From: an uncultured Candidatus Saccharibacteria bacterium
GTDB lineage: Bacteria; Patescibacteriota; Minisyncoccia; Phycocordibacterales; Phycocordibacteraceae
Length of the DNA stretch: 64,000 nt
Direction of reading: 5' to 3'
Assembly (NCBI GenBank): GCA_964546795.1
Contig: CAZJKG010000003.1
Coordinates: 22,305 to 86,304, forward strand
Shown here: positions 28,704 to 38,239 of the stretch, one piece after another
How the letters are laid out: each line of letters begins with the position of its first letter
How positions within the stretch are numbered: position 1 is the stretch's first letter
The notes under the pieces: model-generated
What the model was told of the DNA's origin: nothing
What the model saw: only the letters and a program-made list of their open reading frames with translations
Database searches by the model: none
Made by a program: the position numbers and the translations under genes

Positions 28704-29846
28704 CTATGGTAGTTTGGCGGTTAAAATGGCTTCCAGTGCCGGTATTTGCGGCGCAAAGTCGTTGATGGCGGTCAGAGGGGTTTTGGCGAGCAGGAGATCG
28801 AGAGCTTCCCCCGTCTCGTTCGCATATTCGGCGCGAATATAGGATGCCGTAATGGCGTTCAGAGAGCGCGTATTGGTCGCGCCTTCGACCGTGCTGGTGG
28901 TGATAGTGCCGACGAGAGCTCCGGATGCGTCCGCAACCCCGCCGCCTGAAGAACCTTCCTGTGCAGCAGCCGAACCACCGAGTGCCAATACATCAATAGT
29001 GTTCGTCGCAAAGGTGAAAATATCTTTTACTGAACCGAAAACAACCGTTGGGAAAAGAAAATTCCGTATCTGATTTGACTCAAGGAATTGCGCGCCGTAT
29101 GAAGCGATGACGACCGGCGTGCCTGAAATGGAGGGCGTCGTAGCGAGTGGTACAAATGGGAATATGGTAGGAAGCGTTATGCTCGTAGCACTCTTCGAGA
29201 CGGCGAGAAGTGCGAAGTCATATTCACCGGTTCCACTTGGCAACGTCTCAATAATCGCATCTGCATTTGTTTTGAGCCATATGGGCGATATGTACAGAAG
29301 TGCGGCAGTGTAACTGTCCGTAGCGGGACTCCCCGAACGAATGATGCAGGAAACATTTCGGTCGGCGAGGAGAAAATGCTGTGCGATATGTGCATTAGTA
29401 AGAATGATGCCTTTGGGATCGATGAAAATGCCGCTGCCGCTAATGGAATGCAGCCCGTCTCCCGCAGACACATTACAGATGATATTCACGAGCGCGCTGC
29501 GCAACGCGGAGGCGGCGGCATCGAGCGCTGCGCTTCCGGATTGGGCGGTCACCGTTGGAACGGAAACTGGTTTTGCGATAGAAGATGTGGATGTAACTGG
29601 TGGGGAGGAAGCAGTACTTTTTTTCTTTGGAACAGGAGCGATGGATGCTGTCGTGCTTGTGGCGATATTCACTTCCGATGGAGGCGGAAGCGGAGAGGGA
29701 GGTGGTGCTACAGAAAGCGTTGGAGGGGATGTGGGGATGGTAGCTGTTGAAACAGGCAAAGTGGTGTGAGTGCTATAAAAAGCTGCGATAAAAATACCAA
29801 TAAAAAGGGCGGCCACGATGCCGAGATAGGACGCAAAATGATTCAT
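28704..29846 (-). CDS. Membrane-anchored trypsin-like serine protease
   Basis: N-terminal TM, Pro/Ser-rich linker, a catalytic-His region (GSGIFIDPKGIILTNAHI) and a GSSGGGV serine motif. Confidence 0.78.
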   Translation of the reverse strand: MNHFASYLGIVAALFIGIFIAAFYSTHTTLPVSTATIPTSPPTLSVAPPPSPLPPPSEVNIATSTTASIAPVPKKKSTASSPPVTSTSSIAKPVSVPTVTAQSGSAALDAAASALRSALVNIICNVSAGDGLHSISGSGIFIDPKGIILTNAHIAQHFLLADRNVSCIIRSGSPATDSYTAALLYISPIWLKTNADAIIETLPSGTGEYDFALLAVSKSATSITLPTIFPFVPLATTPSISGTPVVIASYGAQFLESNQIRNFLFPTVVFGSVKDIFTFATNTIDVLALGGSAAAQEGSSGGGVADASGALVGTITTSTVEGATNTRSLNAITASYIRAEYANETGEALDLLLAKTPLTAINDFAPQIPALEAILTAKLP

Positions 29847-29948
29847 TTGTATACGCTATCCTAAAAATGGTATTCTCGCACTACTTCGCTCCGTTAGGAA
29901 ACAGAGCTTCGAAGTGCACGGCACAGAGCGAAGTAGGGCTGGACGCGC

Positions 29949-30019
29949 GCGGGACTAGTTTAATGGTAGAACAGGAGGTTTCCAACCTCCTAGTGGGAGT
30001 TCGATTCTCCCGTCCCGCA
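29949..30019 (+). tRNA. tRNA-Gly (anticodon TCC), with CCA encoded at 30020-30022
   Basis: Acceptor GCGGGAC/GTCCCGC, anticodon loop TTTCCAA, T-arm GGGAG-TTCGATT-CTCCC. Confidence 0.85.
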
Positions 30020-30201
30020 CCATTGAGGAAATTGCAAGTTTTGAAGGTTCACCTTGCTTCGCTCGGCGACCGAATCGTACGGAGTTTTCGGGGCAAAAAG
30101 AAATTTCCGATTCCATTAGAAGCAGAAAAGAAAAATCTTCATAAGGATTTGGGGGGTGAAATGCCCTGAAATAGGGCTGTTTTGTTATTTTCGCACAAAC
30201 C

Positions 30202-30230
30202 TTGACTTTTCATTTTAAATATGCTAAATT
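30202..30230 (+). promoter_or_regulatory. Near-consensus sigma70 promoter TTGACT-17-TAAATT, followed by an operator-like palindrome at 30246-30264
   Basis: Read directly from the sequence. The palindrome is TTGAGTCA-TTA-TGGCTCAA (8-3-8, one mismatch). SD AAAGGAG lies 6 nt before the ATG at 30303. Confidence 0.5.
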
Positions 30231-30302
30231 AGCGACAGAACGACGTTGAGTCATTATGGCTCAATTCGCACATTCCAAACAGAAAACAGAAAGGAGCAAG
30301 CT

Positions 30303-30914
30303 ATGAACAACGATTCGAAATGGGGCGATCCTCGGGATTGCCAAGTTGAGGCCTCCTTCAGCGGCGAGTACGTCAAGGAGGTCGAAGTTCCAGAGAGGCG
30401 CGTCCTTGGCTTTCTCGTGAGAGATGCTAGAAGGAAGAAGGTGACAGCGTACGGCGATATCTCGACAGACAAGGGCGATATCGTTCCTGACGATGTCGAA
30501 GCACACAGGAAGTTCCAGTATCGTTGTGGCCTCATCAAGGCAATCAATGTCTTCTCTGCTAGTGAGTCCACGGTGACGATGTATCTCGACGGTTTCCCCA
30601 ATGTCTTTCTCGATGTGGGAGACACCGAGTTCAGGTTCGATCCGCAACTCGAGAACGGTCCCGTCACCGAGATCACCTATCAAGGACATTGCACTCGACG
30701 TGGCAAGATGCCGCACGGACGAAGGGACATTTTCGCCTCTCTGATCTTCAAGGATCAGAACCAAATGAAGGAGTTCGTTGTGGCCACCACGACCACGCCT
30801 GATCCAAAGACCGAGACGGTATACAGATCATCTGGCTATCGAAGTTCGAACATGGGCTCGTCGCTCTGGCCTCTCGCCGCCGGAGTTCTCCTCGGTGTCA
30901 CGATAAGCGAATAG
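30303..30914 (+). CDS. Orphan hypothetical protein (203 aa) with a C-terminal hydrophobic anchor, on a tRNA-flanked AT-rich islet
   Basis: MNNDSKWGDPRDCQVEASFSGEYVKEV...SSLWPLAAGVLLGVTISE. It uses AGA/AGG Arg codons and AAG Lys, whereas neighbouring genes favour CGC/CGG. Monocistronic, with its own promoter and terminator. Confidence 0.7.
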   Translation: MNNDSKWGDPRDCQVEASFSGEYVKEVEVPERRVLGFLVRDARRKKVTAYGDISTDKGDIVPDDVEAHRKFQYRCGLIKAINVFSASESTVTMYLDGFPNVFLDVGDTEFRFDPQLENGPVTEITYQGHCTRRGKMPHGRRDIFASLIFKDQNQMKEFVVATTTTPDPKTETVYRSSGYRSSNMGSSLWPLAAGVLLGVTISE

Positions 30915-30941
30915 AACGTCGTGAACCCGTCACACAGCCAC

Positions 30942-30980
30942 AGCCCACCATGTCTTCGGACCTCTGGTGGGCTTCTTTTT
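30942..30980 (+). terminator. Rho-independent terminator after the island gene
   Basis: AGCCCACCA-(14 nt)-TGGTGGGCT followed by TCTTTTTA. Confidence 0.6.
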
Positions 30981-31136
30981 ATGAATTTAAAAGAACACAG
31001 GATTTTCCGCCAATCAAAGCATTTTCAATAATTCCAAATTGAAAAATGCTTTGGAAGTTATTCTTAACCCATTAGAAAAACTTGAAATTGTCAGTTCGGA
31101 CTAATTCAAGTATTCTGCACATGAGGTCTTGAAATG

Positions 31137-31171
31137 AAAACAACGTGGCGCCAGAGGCGCCACGTTGTTTT
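31137..31171 (-). terminator. Perfect 16-bp-stem hairpin terminator downstream of hup
   Basis: AAAACAACGTGGCGCC-AGA-GGCGCCACGTTGTTTT. A/T runs flank both sides, so it could act bidirectionally. Confidence 0.6.
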
Positions 31172-31181
31172 TGCGAACCAA

Positions 31182-31454
31182 CTATTTGACCGCGTCTTTT
31201 AACGCCTTTGCGGCGCGAAACTTCGCTGTGCGACTTGCGGCGATATGTATCGTCTCGCCCGTGCGGGGATTGCGGCCTTGACGTGCAGGACGCGCTTTCG
31301 TCGCGAAGATTCCGAGACCGGCGATGGACACCTCGTCTCCGGATTTGAGACCTGAAACGATTGAGTCGATGACCGTCTCGACGACGCGCTCGGCGTCGGC
31401 TTTTGTTGAACCGAGAACTCCGTGTACCTTATCAACAATGTCTGCTTTATTCAT
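31182..31454 (-). CDS. hup: DNA-binding protein HU
   Basis: 90 aa: MNKADIVDKV...GLGIFATKARPARQGRNPRTGE... Confidence 0.93.
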   Translation of the reverse strand: MNKADIVDKVHGVLGSTKADAERVVETVIDSIVSGLKSGDEVSIAGLGIFATKARPARQGRNPRTGETIHIAASRTAKFRAAKALKDAVK

Positions 31455-31478
31455 AAATAAGAGATGGTGAACCTAATA

Positions 31479-31597
31479 ATGGGACGAACAGATTCGGAGC
31501 GCTTCTTCGTTGCGGGGCCATTCGGCTCCTTCGCCGTACGGCGGAGTACGTCTCCGTCGCCGAATCTCCCGCGCCTTGGATCGCACCAAATCTGTTC
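31479..31597 (-). promoter_or_regulatory. Highly structured ~120-nt element in the hup 5' leader (rny-hup spacer)
   Basis: Outer 13-bp helix GGACGAACAGATT...AATCTGTTCGTCC encloses nested helices (ATTCGGC/GCCGAAT, CCGTACGG, GGAG...CTCC). Confidence 0.4.
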
Positions 31598-31699
31598 GTC
31601 CGTTGACTTCTGGTGTCGATAGCGCGGGGACGATAGAAAGTATAGGAAATGCGCCACATTACGCAATGGGGTTGCCAACATTGTATGAATAATGCGTAA

Positions 31700-33229
31700 T
31701 CACCTTGCAAATTCAACAACGCGGTTTTCGCGGATGATATTTACCTTGATCTCGCCGGGATATCGAACTTCTTCCTGTATGCGCGTCGCGATGTTGCGCG
31801 CAAGCTTATGCATCGCAACATCAGAGATCTTACCGGGATTCACAAAGACACGGATCTCTCGTCCGGCCGAAATAGCATAGACCTTTTCAACGCCTTCAAA
31901 GGTGCTGGCGAGGCGTTCCAGGTCGCCAAGACGTTCAAGATAACGGTCGACCGTATCGCGACGCGCACCCGGACGGCCGCCTGAAATAGCGTCGGCCGCT
32001 TGCACGATAACCGCTTCGGGCGTTTCGTACGGATACTCTTCATGATGCGACTGCATGGCGAGAATAATCCGCTTATCAACGCCGAATTTCTCCAAGATAC
32101 GGCGTCCGATCTCGACATGCGTGCCTTGCACTTCGTGATCAACCGCTTTCCCGATATCATGCAGGAGAGCACCAGCACGCGCGATGACTGGATCGGCACC
32201 AATCTCCATCGCGAGCATGCCGGCGATATGCGCCATCTCAATGGAGTGCTGAAGTACATTCTGACCGTAGCTAGTACGGAAATTAAGACGTCCAAGAAGT
32301 GCAGTGAGTTTGGGGTCGAGGCCGATGACGCCGGCCTCATACGCCGCGGCCTCGCCTTTCTGCTTCACGATATCGGCGACCTCGACACGCGTCTTCTCCA
32401 CGGTTTCCTCTATCTTTGCCGGCTGAATGCGACCGTCGGCAATGAGTTTTTCCAGCGCGATTTTCGCGATGGCGCGGCGAAGGGGATCGAAAGAGGAGAG
32501 TGTAATTCTGTCAGGTACATCGTCGATGAGAACATCGACACCGGTCGCACGCTCAAAGGCCTTGATATTCCGGCCTTCCTTGCCGATTATTTTTCCCTTC
32601 ATCTCTTCCGAGGGAAGTGTTACCGAGAGGGACATGACCTCGGTGTTGACCGCATTTGCGAGGCGGTGAATGACGGAGGTGAGAATGGCGCGCGCTTTAT
32701 CCTCAAGGCGCTCGCGGCCGTTTGCTTCGAGTTTTTGAAGTCGTAGAAGAATAGCTTCTTCATGAGTGCGTTCAAGCTCGGAGAAGAGTTCTTCGCGCGC
32801 CGATGCTTCCGAGAGGTGCGCGACTTTCGCGAGTTCCTTTGAACGTTCCTTGGAGAGATCCTCCGCGATACCTTTTGCGCGCAGTGCCTCCTGTTCGCGT
32901 CCTCGCACCTCGGACTCTTTCTCATCAAGATCGCGCTGACGGGAATCAAGAAATTCCTCTCGCGAAGCGATACGTTCCTCCCGTGACGAAAGTTTTTCTT
33001 CGCGTTCCTCTACGGGTGCGAGACGCTCTGTCTCAAGGACCGCGCTCCTGTATTCCGCATCGGCCAGTATTTTTGCCGCCTGCTCTTTTGCGGTGAGCAT
33101 CTTCTGCTTAATGTCGAGTTCTACCGAACCGCGCTGTGCGAGACCGATGAGAACGCGCAGCACGTAGCCGAGCACGATACCGCCCACACCCGAAAGCGCG
33201 AGCATTATCAATATGATTTTGAGTGACAT
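31700..33229 (-). CDS. rny: Ribonuclease Y
   Basis: N-terminal TM, coiled coil, KH domain (GKIIGKEGRNIK), HD domain (LLHDIGK). Confidence 0.93.
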   Translation of the reverse strand: MSLKIILIMLALSGVGGIVLGYVLRVLIGLAQRGSVELDIKQKMLTAKEQAAKILADAEYRSAVLETERLAPVEEREEKLSSREERIASREEFLDSRQRDLDEKESEVRGREQEALRAKGIAEDLSKERSKELAKVAHLSEASAREELFSELERTHEEAILLRLQKLEANGRERLEDKARAILTSVIHRLANAVNTEVMSLSVTLPSEEMKGKIIGKEGRNIKAFERATGVDVLIDDVPDRITLSSFDPLRRAIAKIALEKLIADGRIQPAKIEETVEKTRVEVADIVKQKGEAAAYEAGVIGLDPKLTALLGRLNFRTSYGQNVLQHSIEMAHIAGMLAMEIGADPVIARAGALLHDIGKAVDHEVQGTHVEIGRRILEKFGVDKRIILAMQSHHEEYPYETPEAVIVQAADAISGGRPGARRDTVDRYLERLGDLERLASTFEGVEKVYAISAGREIRVFVNPGKISDVAMHKLARNIATRIQEEVRYPGEIKVNIIRENRVVEFAR

Positions 33230-33346
33230 AATCCCGTATTGTTAACTCTGTTCCCCCAGAAGAGGCCAGCGTAAGGTTCTAAAAGAGGAGTTCCGGCAAA
33301 GCGATCGGATCAGTCGGGCGGATGAGCGGTACGGGCTGACTCTAAC

Positions 33347-33383
33347 ACAAAATCCCGCGTGATTGTGTTACGCGGGATTTTGT
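33347..33383 (-). terminator. Hairpin terminator downstream of clpP
   Basis: ACAAAATCCCGCG-(11 nt)-CGCGGGATTTTGT, a 13-bp stem. Confidence 0.55.
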
Positions 33384-33398
33384 CATATTTCTTGATTT

Positions 33399-34001
33399 CT
33401 AGCCGTAGACCTTATCAACGAGACCGTATTTCTTCGCCTCTTCTGCGGTCATGAAGAAGTCGCGCTCAACATCTTTTTCAACTTTCTGAAACGTCTGACC
33501 GGTATTCTTCGCGAGAATTTTATTGAGTCGTTCGCGGAGCTTGATGATCTGCTTCGCGGTGATTTCGATATCGGTCGCTTGACCCTCTGCGCCGCCGTGC
33601 GGCTGATGGATCATCACTTCGGCATTCGGGAGCGCGAAACGCTTACCTTTTTGTCCTGCGGAAAGGAGAATGGCTGCGCCGGAAGCCGCCATGCCGACAC
33701 ACACGGTCGAGACCGCGGGCTTCACATGATTCATAGTGTCAACCATCGCAAGTGTTGCTGTGACCGAACCGCCCGGAGAATTGATATAGAGCGAAATGTC
33801 TTTCTTTGGGTCCTCTGCCTCGAGGAAGAGGAGCTGTGCGATGACGAGATTCGCGACATCATCATCAATGGGCCCGCCGAGAAAAACGATGCGCTCCTTG
33901 AGGAGGCGTGAGTAAATGTCGTAGGCACGCTCGCCAAACTGACTCTTCTCGATGACCATTGGGATGAGCATTGAAGCGCGTGATTGAGTGTTCATTTTCA
34001 T
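33399..34001 (-). CDS. clpP: ATP-dependent Clp protease proteolytic subunit
   Basis: 200 aa. Catalytic Ser in [14 protein letters not shown]; the His and Asp regions are present. Confidence 0.95.
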   Translation of the reverse strand: MKMNTQSRASMLIPMVIEKSQFGERAYDIYSRLLKERIVFLGGPIDDDVANLVIAQLLFLEAEDPKKDISLYINSPGGSVTATLAMVDTMNHVKPAVSTVCVGMAASGAAILLSAGQKGKRFALPNAEVMIHQPHGGAEGQATDIEITAKQIIKLRERLNKILAKNTGQTFQKVEKDVERDFFMTAEEAKKYGLVDKVYG

Positions 34002-34024
34002 AAATATAAATAGATTTTTATGTT

Positions 34025-34252
34025 TTACTGTTCGGTCGAGGGCTCTATGGGAACATTCACCTCGGCAATCCTTTTGCCCCAGGAATAGAACGCGCCGATA
34101 ATAATCATGAGCACGATGATGATAATGGAGATGAGAGCGCCCCAGGACTGCGCTTTGGGAGATGGTGTTCCGAATTGCACGGATTGAGGCACGGCAGGCA
34201 TGTCGGTCCCAAACGTATTTTCGCTGGAAGGAAGAATCGGCTCGTTGTTCAT
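34025..34252 (-). CDS. Small hypothetical membrane protein (about 75 aa)
   Basis: Hydrophobic helix [20 protein letters not shown]. The start is ambiguous (34252 or 34264). Confidence 0.4.
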   Translation of the reverse strand: MNNEPILPSSENTFGTDMPAVPQSVQFGTPSPKAQSWGALISIIIIVLMIIIGAFYSWGKRIAEVNVPIEPSTEQ

Positions 34253-34253
34253 A

Positions 34254-34769
34254 TTATTTTGCATCATACATCTTTCGCGCGCGCTCATATGCGGTCTCGG
34301 CCGCTGAGCGTCCTTCAAAGTCGCCGACGACGACTTCTTTCTTCTGGATTTGCTTATAGGTCGCAAAAAAATGAGCGATTTCCTTCAACACATGCTGATT
34401 GGCATCTCCTATGTCATTCACGGAAGCATACCTCGGATCACCCACGGCGACCGCAATAATTTTCTCATCCGCTTCGCCGCCGTCGGTCATATGCATGATA
34501 CCGATGGGGCGGGCCGGAACGAGAATGCCGGGCGCAAGCGGATGCGTGGTGAACAGAACAACATCAAGAGCGTCGCCGTCATCCCAGAGCGTTTGTGGCA
34601 CAAAGCCGTAATCGAAGGGGTAGTCCTGCGCGCTATGGAGAACTCGGTCAAGTTTGATGACTCCCGTCTTCTTATCTATCTCGTACTTATTATGAGAGCC
34701 CTTTGGGATCTCGATGATGACGTTCATTTCTTCTTTCGTGCCCGGATCGATGTCATGCAATAAATTCAT
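34254..34769 (-). CDS. ppa: Inorganic pyrophosphatase
   Basis: Family I PPase motifs (DGDALDVV, EIPKGS..KYE). The start is taken at MNLLHDIDPG, which abuts the IR element. The ORF-track start at 34796 reads into the repeat. Confidence 0.9.
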   Translation of the reverse strand: MNLLHDIDPGTKEEMNVIIEIPKGSHNKYEIDKKTGVIKLDRVLHSAQDYPFDYGFVPQTLWDDGDALDVVLFTTHPLAPGILVPARPIGIMHMTDGGEADEKIIAVAVGDPRYASVNDIGDANQHVLKEIAHFFATYKQIQKKEVVVGDFEGRSAAETAYERARKMYDAK

Positions 34770-34884
34770 CCCGTTAGAAATAGAACGCAGACGCACCAGA
34801 AACGGCGCGGCCGAACCCTATCCGATTAAAACTGATAATTGAACCCGTTATCGGATGAATGACGCGTCCACGATTTCTAACGGG
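34770..34884. repeat. Start-codon-abutting inverted-repeat element, copy 2 (115 bp)
   Basis: Termini CCCGTTAGAAAT / ATTTCTAACGGG, flanked on both sides by ATTCAT (ATGAAT on the coding strand); ends exactly at the ppa ATG. Confidence 0.6.
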
Positions 34885-34905
34885 ATTCATAGTTCCGAGT
34901 ATACC

Positions 34906-36270
34906 TTATTCGTCTTTCGCTTTGTCGCGATCCTCTTCCGCATCGGCTGCGGTCTCATCAGAAGCCGGAAGTGCAGTTAACTCTTCCTCGGCGGGAAGTT
35001 CGGTTATCTGGGGGACTTCGTTGGTGATGATTTCAACACTCTCGGTTGGCATGATGCCTGCCGCTTCGGCAGGCGATGCATCATCGGTCGGAACAATCGC
35101 ATCGGATGTTGCCGACACAACTCCTTCGCCACCACCAGAAGAAACAATATCTATATTCCAGCCGGTGAGTTTCGCCGCGAGACGGACATTCTGTCCGCCG
35201 CGGCCAATAGCGAGCGATTGTTCATCCTCCGAGACGGTGACCGTTGCGCGATGATCATCTTCGTTCAATACCACCTCGATTGGGGTAGCGGGAGAAAGAG
35301 CTTCCTTCACGAATTCCTTCGCATCGGGATTCCACTCTATGATGTCGATGCGCTCGCCACCAAGCTCACTCATGACTGTCGACACGCGCACGCCGCGCTG
35401 ACCGACAAGTGAGCCAACCGGATCCACATGAGCATCGCGTGAGACAAGGGCAATCTTGGTGCGGCTGCCCGGTTCGCGGGCAAGCGCCTTAACCTCGATG
35501 GAGCCGGCGGCGAGTTCCGGTGCCTCCATTTCAAAGAGCTTCACCACGAACGAGGGGTGCGCGCGAGAAAGTCGAAGATATACGCCGCGAAATCCCTCAT
35601 CCACCGCGTACAGATAGGCGCGGATGCGCTCGCCCATGCGGTATCGCTCACCCGGGATCTGCTCCTCGTAGGGAATGATGCCGGTCGTGCGCCCGAGGTC
35701 CACGAAGATCGCGCCGCGTTCCATGCGCTGCACGATGCCGCCAACTATTTGGCCTTTTTTCTCGCCAAACTCCTCCATCATGGAAAGTTTTTCGGCCTCG
35801 CGTACTTTCTGGATAACCACCTGCTTGGCGGTCTGCGCCGCAATGCGGCCGAAATCGTCCTGTGGTTCGAGCGGGAAGATGATCTCTTCGCTCACTCCGA
35901 CTCCGCGTTTCATGCGTTTTGCGTCGTCAAGAAGAATATGTTTCTCCGGATCGAAGCGTGGCAATTCGCCCTCCGCAAGATGCTCTTCCTCGGTATGGAA
36001 TGCGTGAGAGTGCATGTGCTCCTTCACCGCTTCCTCATCGGGAGAAGGGAAGCGCACCGTCGTGTCATCCACTACGGTCTTCACTTGTTCAAAAGAAATA
36101 GTGCCGGTAGAGAGGTCGAGTTTCGCGCGTACGACCTGTCCGCGCTTTCCGTATTCGCGCTTGTAGGCAGTCGCCATCGCAACCTCGATGGCATCAACCA
36201 TCGTCTCGCGGGTAATACCACGATCTTCAAACTCTCCGAGCACTGCATTGATGGTCTTTAAATCAATCAT
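34906..36270 (-). CDS. nusA: Transcription termination/antitermination factor NusA
   Basis: NusA N-terminal domain, S1 domain, two KH domains, acidic C-terminal tail. Confidence 0.93.
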   Translation of the reverse strand: MIDLKTINAVLGEFEDRGITRETMVDAIEVAMATAYKREYGKRGQVVRAKLDLSTGTISFEQVKTVVDDTTVRFPSPDEEAVKEHMHSHAFHTEEEHLAEGELPRFDPEKHILLDDAKRMKRGVGVSEEIIFPLEPQDDFGRIAAQTAKQVVIQKVREAEKLSMMEEFGEKKGQIVGGIVQRMERGAIFVDLGRTTGIIPYEEQIPGERYRMGERIRAYLYAVDEGFRGVYLRLSRAHPSFVVKLFEMEAPELAAGSIEVKALAREPGSRTKIALVSRDAHVDPVGSLVGQRGVRVSTVMSELGGERIDIIEWNPDAKEFVKEALSPATPIEVVLNEDDHRATVTVSEDEQSLAIGRGGQNVRLAAKLTGWNIDIVSSGGGEGVVSATSDAIVPTDDASPAEAAGIMPTESVEIITNEVPQITELPAEEELTALPASDETAADAEEDRDKAKDE

Positions 36271-36401
36271 ATGGAATATGTATGTCGCACTTTTTTAATA
36301 AGAAAGCCCCGTAGGGGCACCTCGTTAAGAGTAATGTAGCAAAGAAAATAAGTTGCGTCAATCGTGGAGGGAGAGTAGGGTACAAACGGAAAGGAGGGGC
36401 T

Positions 36402-36836
36402 ATGCCTGATTATAGCGAATGGAAAATCAAGGACCATCAGTACTGGACACTGTTTCTGCATGGCGAAAGCCAGCGCTATCTCGGCCACTCTTATGCGTGG
36501 CTCAGACGATCGGTCAGGATGCAACGCTTGAGCGATCTTACGCATGAGGAATTGTACGAGCTGTGGAAGTTCATTCTCCCACAGTACGAAAGGGCTCTCG
36601 ACCGGCTCTGGTGTCCCGGCCTCATTAACTGCGCATGGTTGGGAAATGAATTTCATGTCCATGGAGGCCATGGACATATGCACCTCATCCCTCGGTACGA
36701 AAGCTCAGTTCCTTTCGCCGGACTCGAGTTTCGTGACGACGAGTGGGGTAAGCATTACGAACCGTATCCGAAACTCAAGCTGCCGCAGAGTACACTCTTC
36801 ACGATCCGTGATGCGCTTCGCAAGGAGCTTGCATGA
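36402..36836 (+). CDS. HIT-like (histidine triad-like) protein
   Basis: HVHGGHGHMHLIPRY resembles the HxHxHxx triad. SD GGAAAGGAGGGG precedes the ATG. Confidence 0.55.
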   Translation: MPDYSEWKIKDHQYWTLFLHGESQRYLGHSYAWLRRSVRMQRLSDLTHEELYELWKFILPQYERALDRLWCPGLINCAWLGNEFHVHGGHGHMHLIPRYESSVPFAGLEFRDDEWGKHYEPYPKLKLPQSTLFTIRDALRKELA

Positions 36837-36840
36837 AGAC

Positions 36841-36878
36841 GGGCGCGCCCCTCTTGGGCGCGCCCGGTTCCTTTTTAT
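36841..36878 (+). terminator. Rho-independent terminator
   Basis: GGGCGCGCCC-CTCTT-GGGCGCGCCC followed by GGTTCCTTTTTAT. Confidence 0.6.
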
Positions 36879-36891
36879 CCCGTATCAGGGA

Positions 36892-37104
36892 TTAGAGATT
36901 TTGAAGATCCGTATCCAAGGCATCGAGGTCCGCATCACTCGTTTCTACCTGAATGCCTGACAAATCATCAGTAATGGCGGTCGTGGTGTCTTCTGTAGTC
37001 GGAGACGCAATCGTACTCGACTGGTCACTGGATGGGTTCCAAATCCATATGCCAAGGGCGATGAGGACGACGACGATAATGAAGATGATGAGATTGTTAT
37101 TCAT
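36892..37104 (-). CDS. Small membrane protein with an acidic Thr/Asp-rich tail
   Basis: 70 aa, TM helix LIIFIIVVVLIALGIWIW. Confidence 0.5.
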   Translation of the reverse strand: MNNNLIIFIIVVVLIALGIWIWNPSSDQSSTIASPTTEDTTTAITDDLSGIQVETSDADLDALDTDLQNL

Positions 37105-37131
37105 AGATGAAAGATGATTAGATTGTACGCA

Positions 37132-38097
37132 TTATTGCGTTACGGTTTCGTTTGTTTCGCTTTGGGACTGAGTTTCTGTCGTTCCCGTTTCGGTAGTGGC
37201 TGGTGCGGCTGTTGACTGTGTATCAACCTCGTCAACGCCTTGGATGCTCGCAAGAGTGGTTGCTACGTTGTGTACCGCCTCCCGCGCATCTTTTACGGTC
37301 TGTTCAACCGCCTTCAAATCCGTCCGAAGGGCCTGTCGCGCGGCTCCAACATTCTCGCGAAGGGTCGCTTCATCCGTCACCGTAATAGGATAGGTCTTTG
37401 CGGTCTGGCTCTCAATAGCTGTTTTACTTGCCGCGATAGCCGCATCGGCTGAGATCAAGGCCGTTCGAACGGCGCTGACATCAAGCCCTCTGGCCGCCGC
37501 TCTTTCAATCCGCACATTTATTTTTTCTACAACAGCTCCGAGTTTTGTAAGAACTTCCGAGTAATGCTCAGTATATTTTGCATTTAGCTCATCAAGCCGT
37601 CCATCAATCTTTTCGACGGTCGCTTTTTTCTTTTCGTCCTTTATGCTTGCGAGACGATCTTTCAATTCTTGCTTCTTCGCGTCTACACGCTCCTTCAACT
37701 CCTTCTTTGAATCCTCGAGTTTCTGTTTGAACTCTGCCATTCTTTGTTCTTGTGCCGCTCTAATCTCCATTCGTTTTGCTTCAATTTGCGCTCTGTCTCC
37801 TGTTGCTTTGACACTTTCCATTTCCGCGCGCGCGGCATCACGAAGTTCCTTTACGTCTGTCTTTATTTCCTGCTTTGTGTTCTTCAATTCTTCGCGTGCG
37901 CTCTTTTGCACATCTTTCATTTCCTCTTTCATTTGTTTGCGAGCATCCTGAACATCTTGTCGGACATTTTCTGCTTCCAGGCGCACGACCGGTTTTATAG
38001 GCGGAGGAACGGATGTGGTTTCCTGTGCGAACGCCGGCACCGCTATTGCGAGGGAAGCTGTTGCAACGGCGATTTTTAACAAAAGATTTTCTTTCAT
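37132..38097 (-). CDS. Secreted coiled-coil protein
   Basis: Signal peptide MKENLLLKIAVATASLAIAVPAFA, then a K/E/R/A-rich heptad-like region, then a Thr/Glu-rich tail. Confidence 0.6.
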   Translation of the reverse strand: MKENLLLKIAVATASLAIAVPAFAQETTSVPPPIKPVVRLEAENVRQDVQDARKQMKEEMKDVQKSAREELKNTKQEIKTDVKELRDAARAEMESVKATGDRAQIEAKRMEIRAAQEQRMAEFKQKLEDSKKELKERVDAKKQELKDRLASIKDEKKKATVEKIDGRLDELNAKYTEHYSEVLTKLGAVVEKINVRIERAAARGLDVSAVRTALISADAAIAASKTAIESQTAKTYPITVTDEATLRENVGAARQALRTDLKAVEQTVKDAREAVHNVATTLASIQGVDEVDTQSTAAPATTETGTTETQSQSETNETVTQ

Positions 38098-38239
38098 AAA
38101 TGATTAATGAGTGTTAATTATTTCGTTTTATTGACCCTGTAAGTGTATCTTCCGCTGTCTCTGTATGTCAATGACTGGTTATGCAGGTAGGTGATAATAC
38201 ACCCTTAGCAGGGCCAAGGCACGCTATACTTTAGCGCAT

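Noticed and set aside
32000-32746. 248-aa plus-strand ORF inside rny
   Set aside because: It is antisense to the well-supported RNase Y gene. No family features.
34770-34796. ORF-track starts that read through the inverted-repeat elements (ppa at 34796, pgk at 44304, pilin-like gene at 57279)
   Set aside because: In each case the conserved protein begins at the ATG that directly abuts the repeat arm (MNLLHD, MRSIRD, MKKILLL signal peptide). The upstream codons are translations of the repeat itself.
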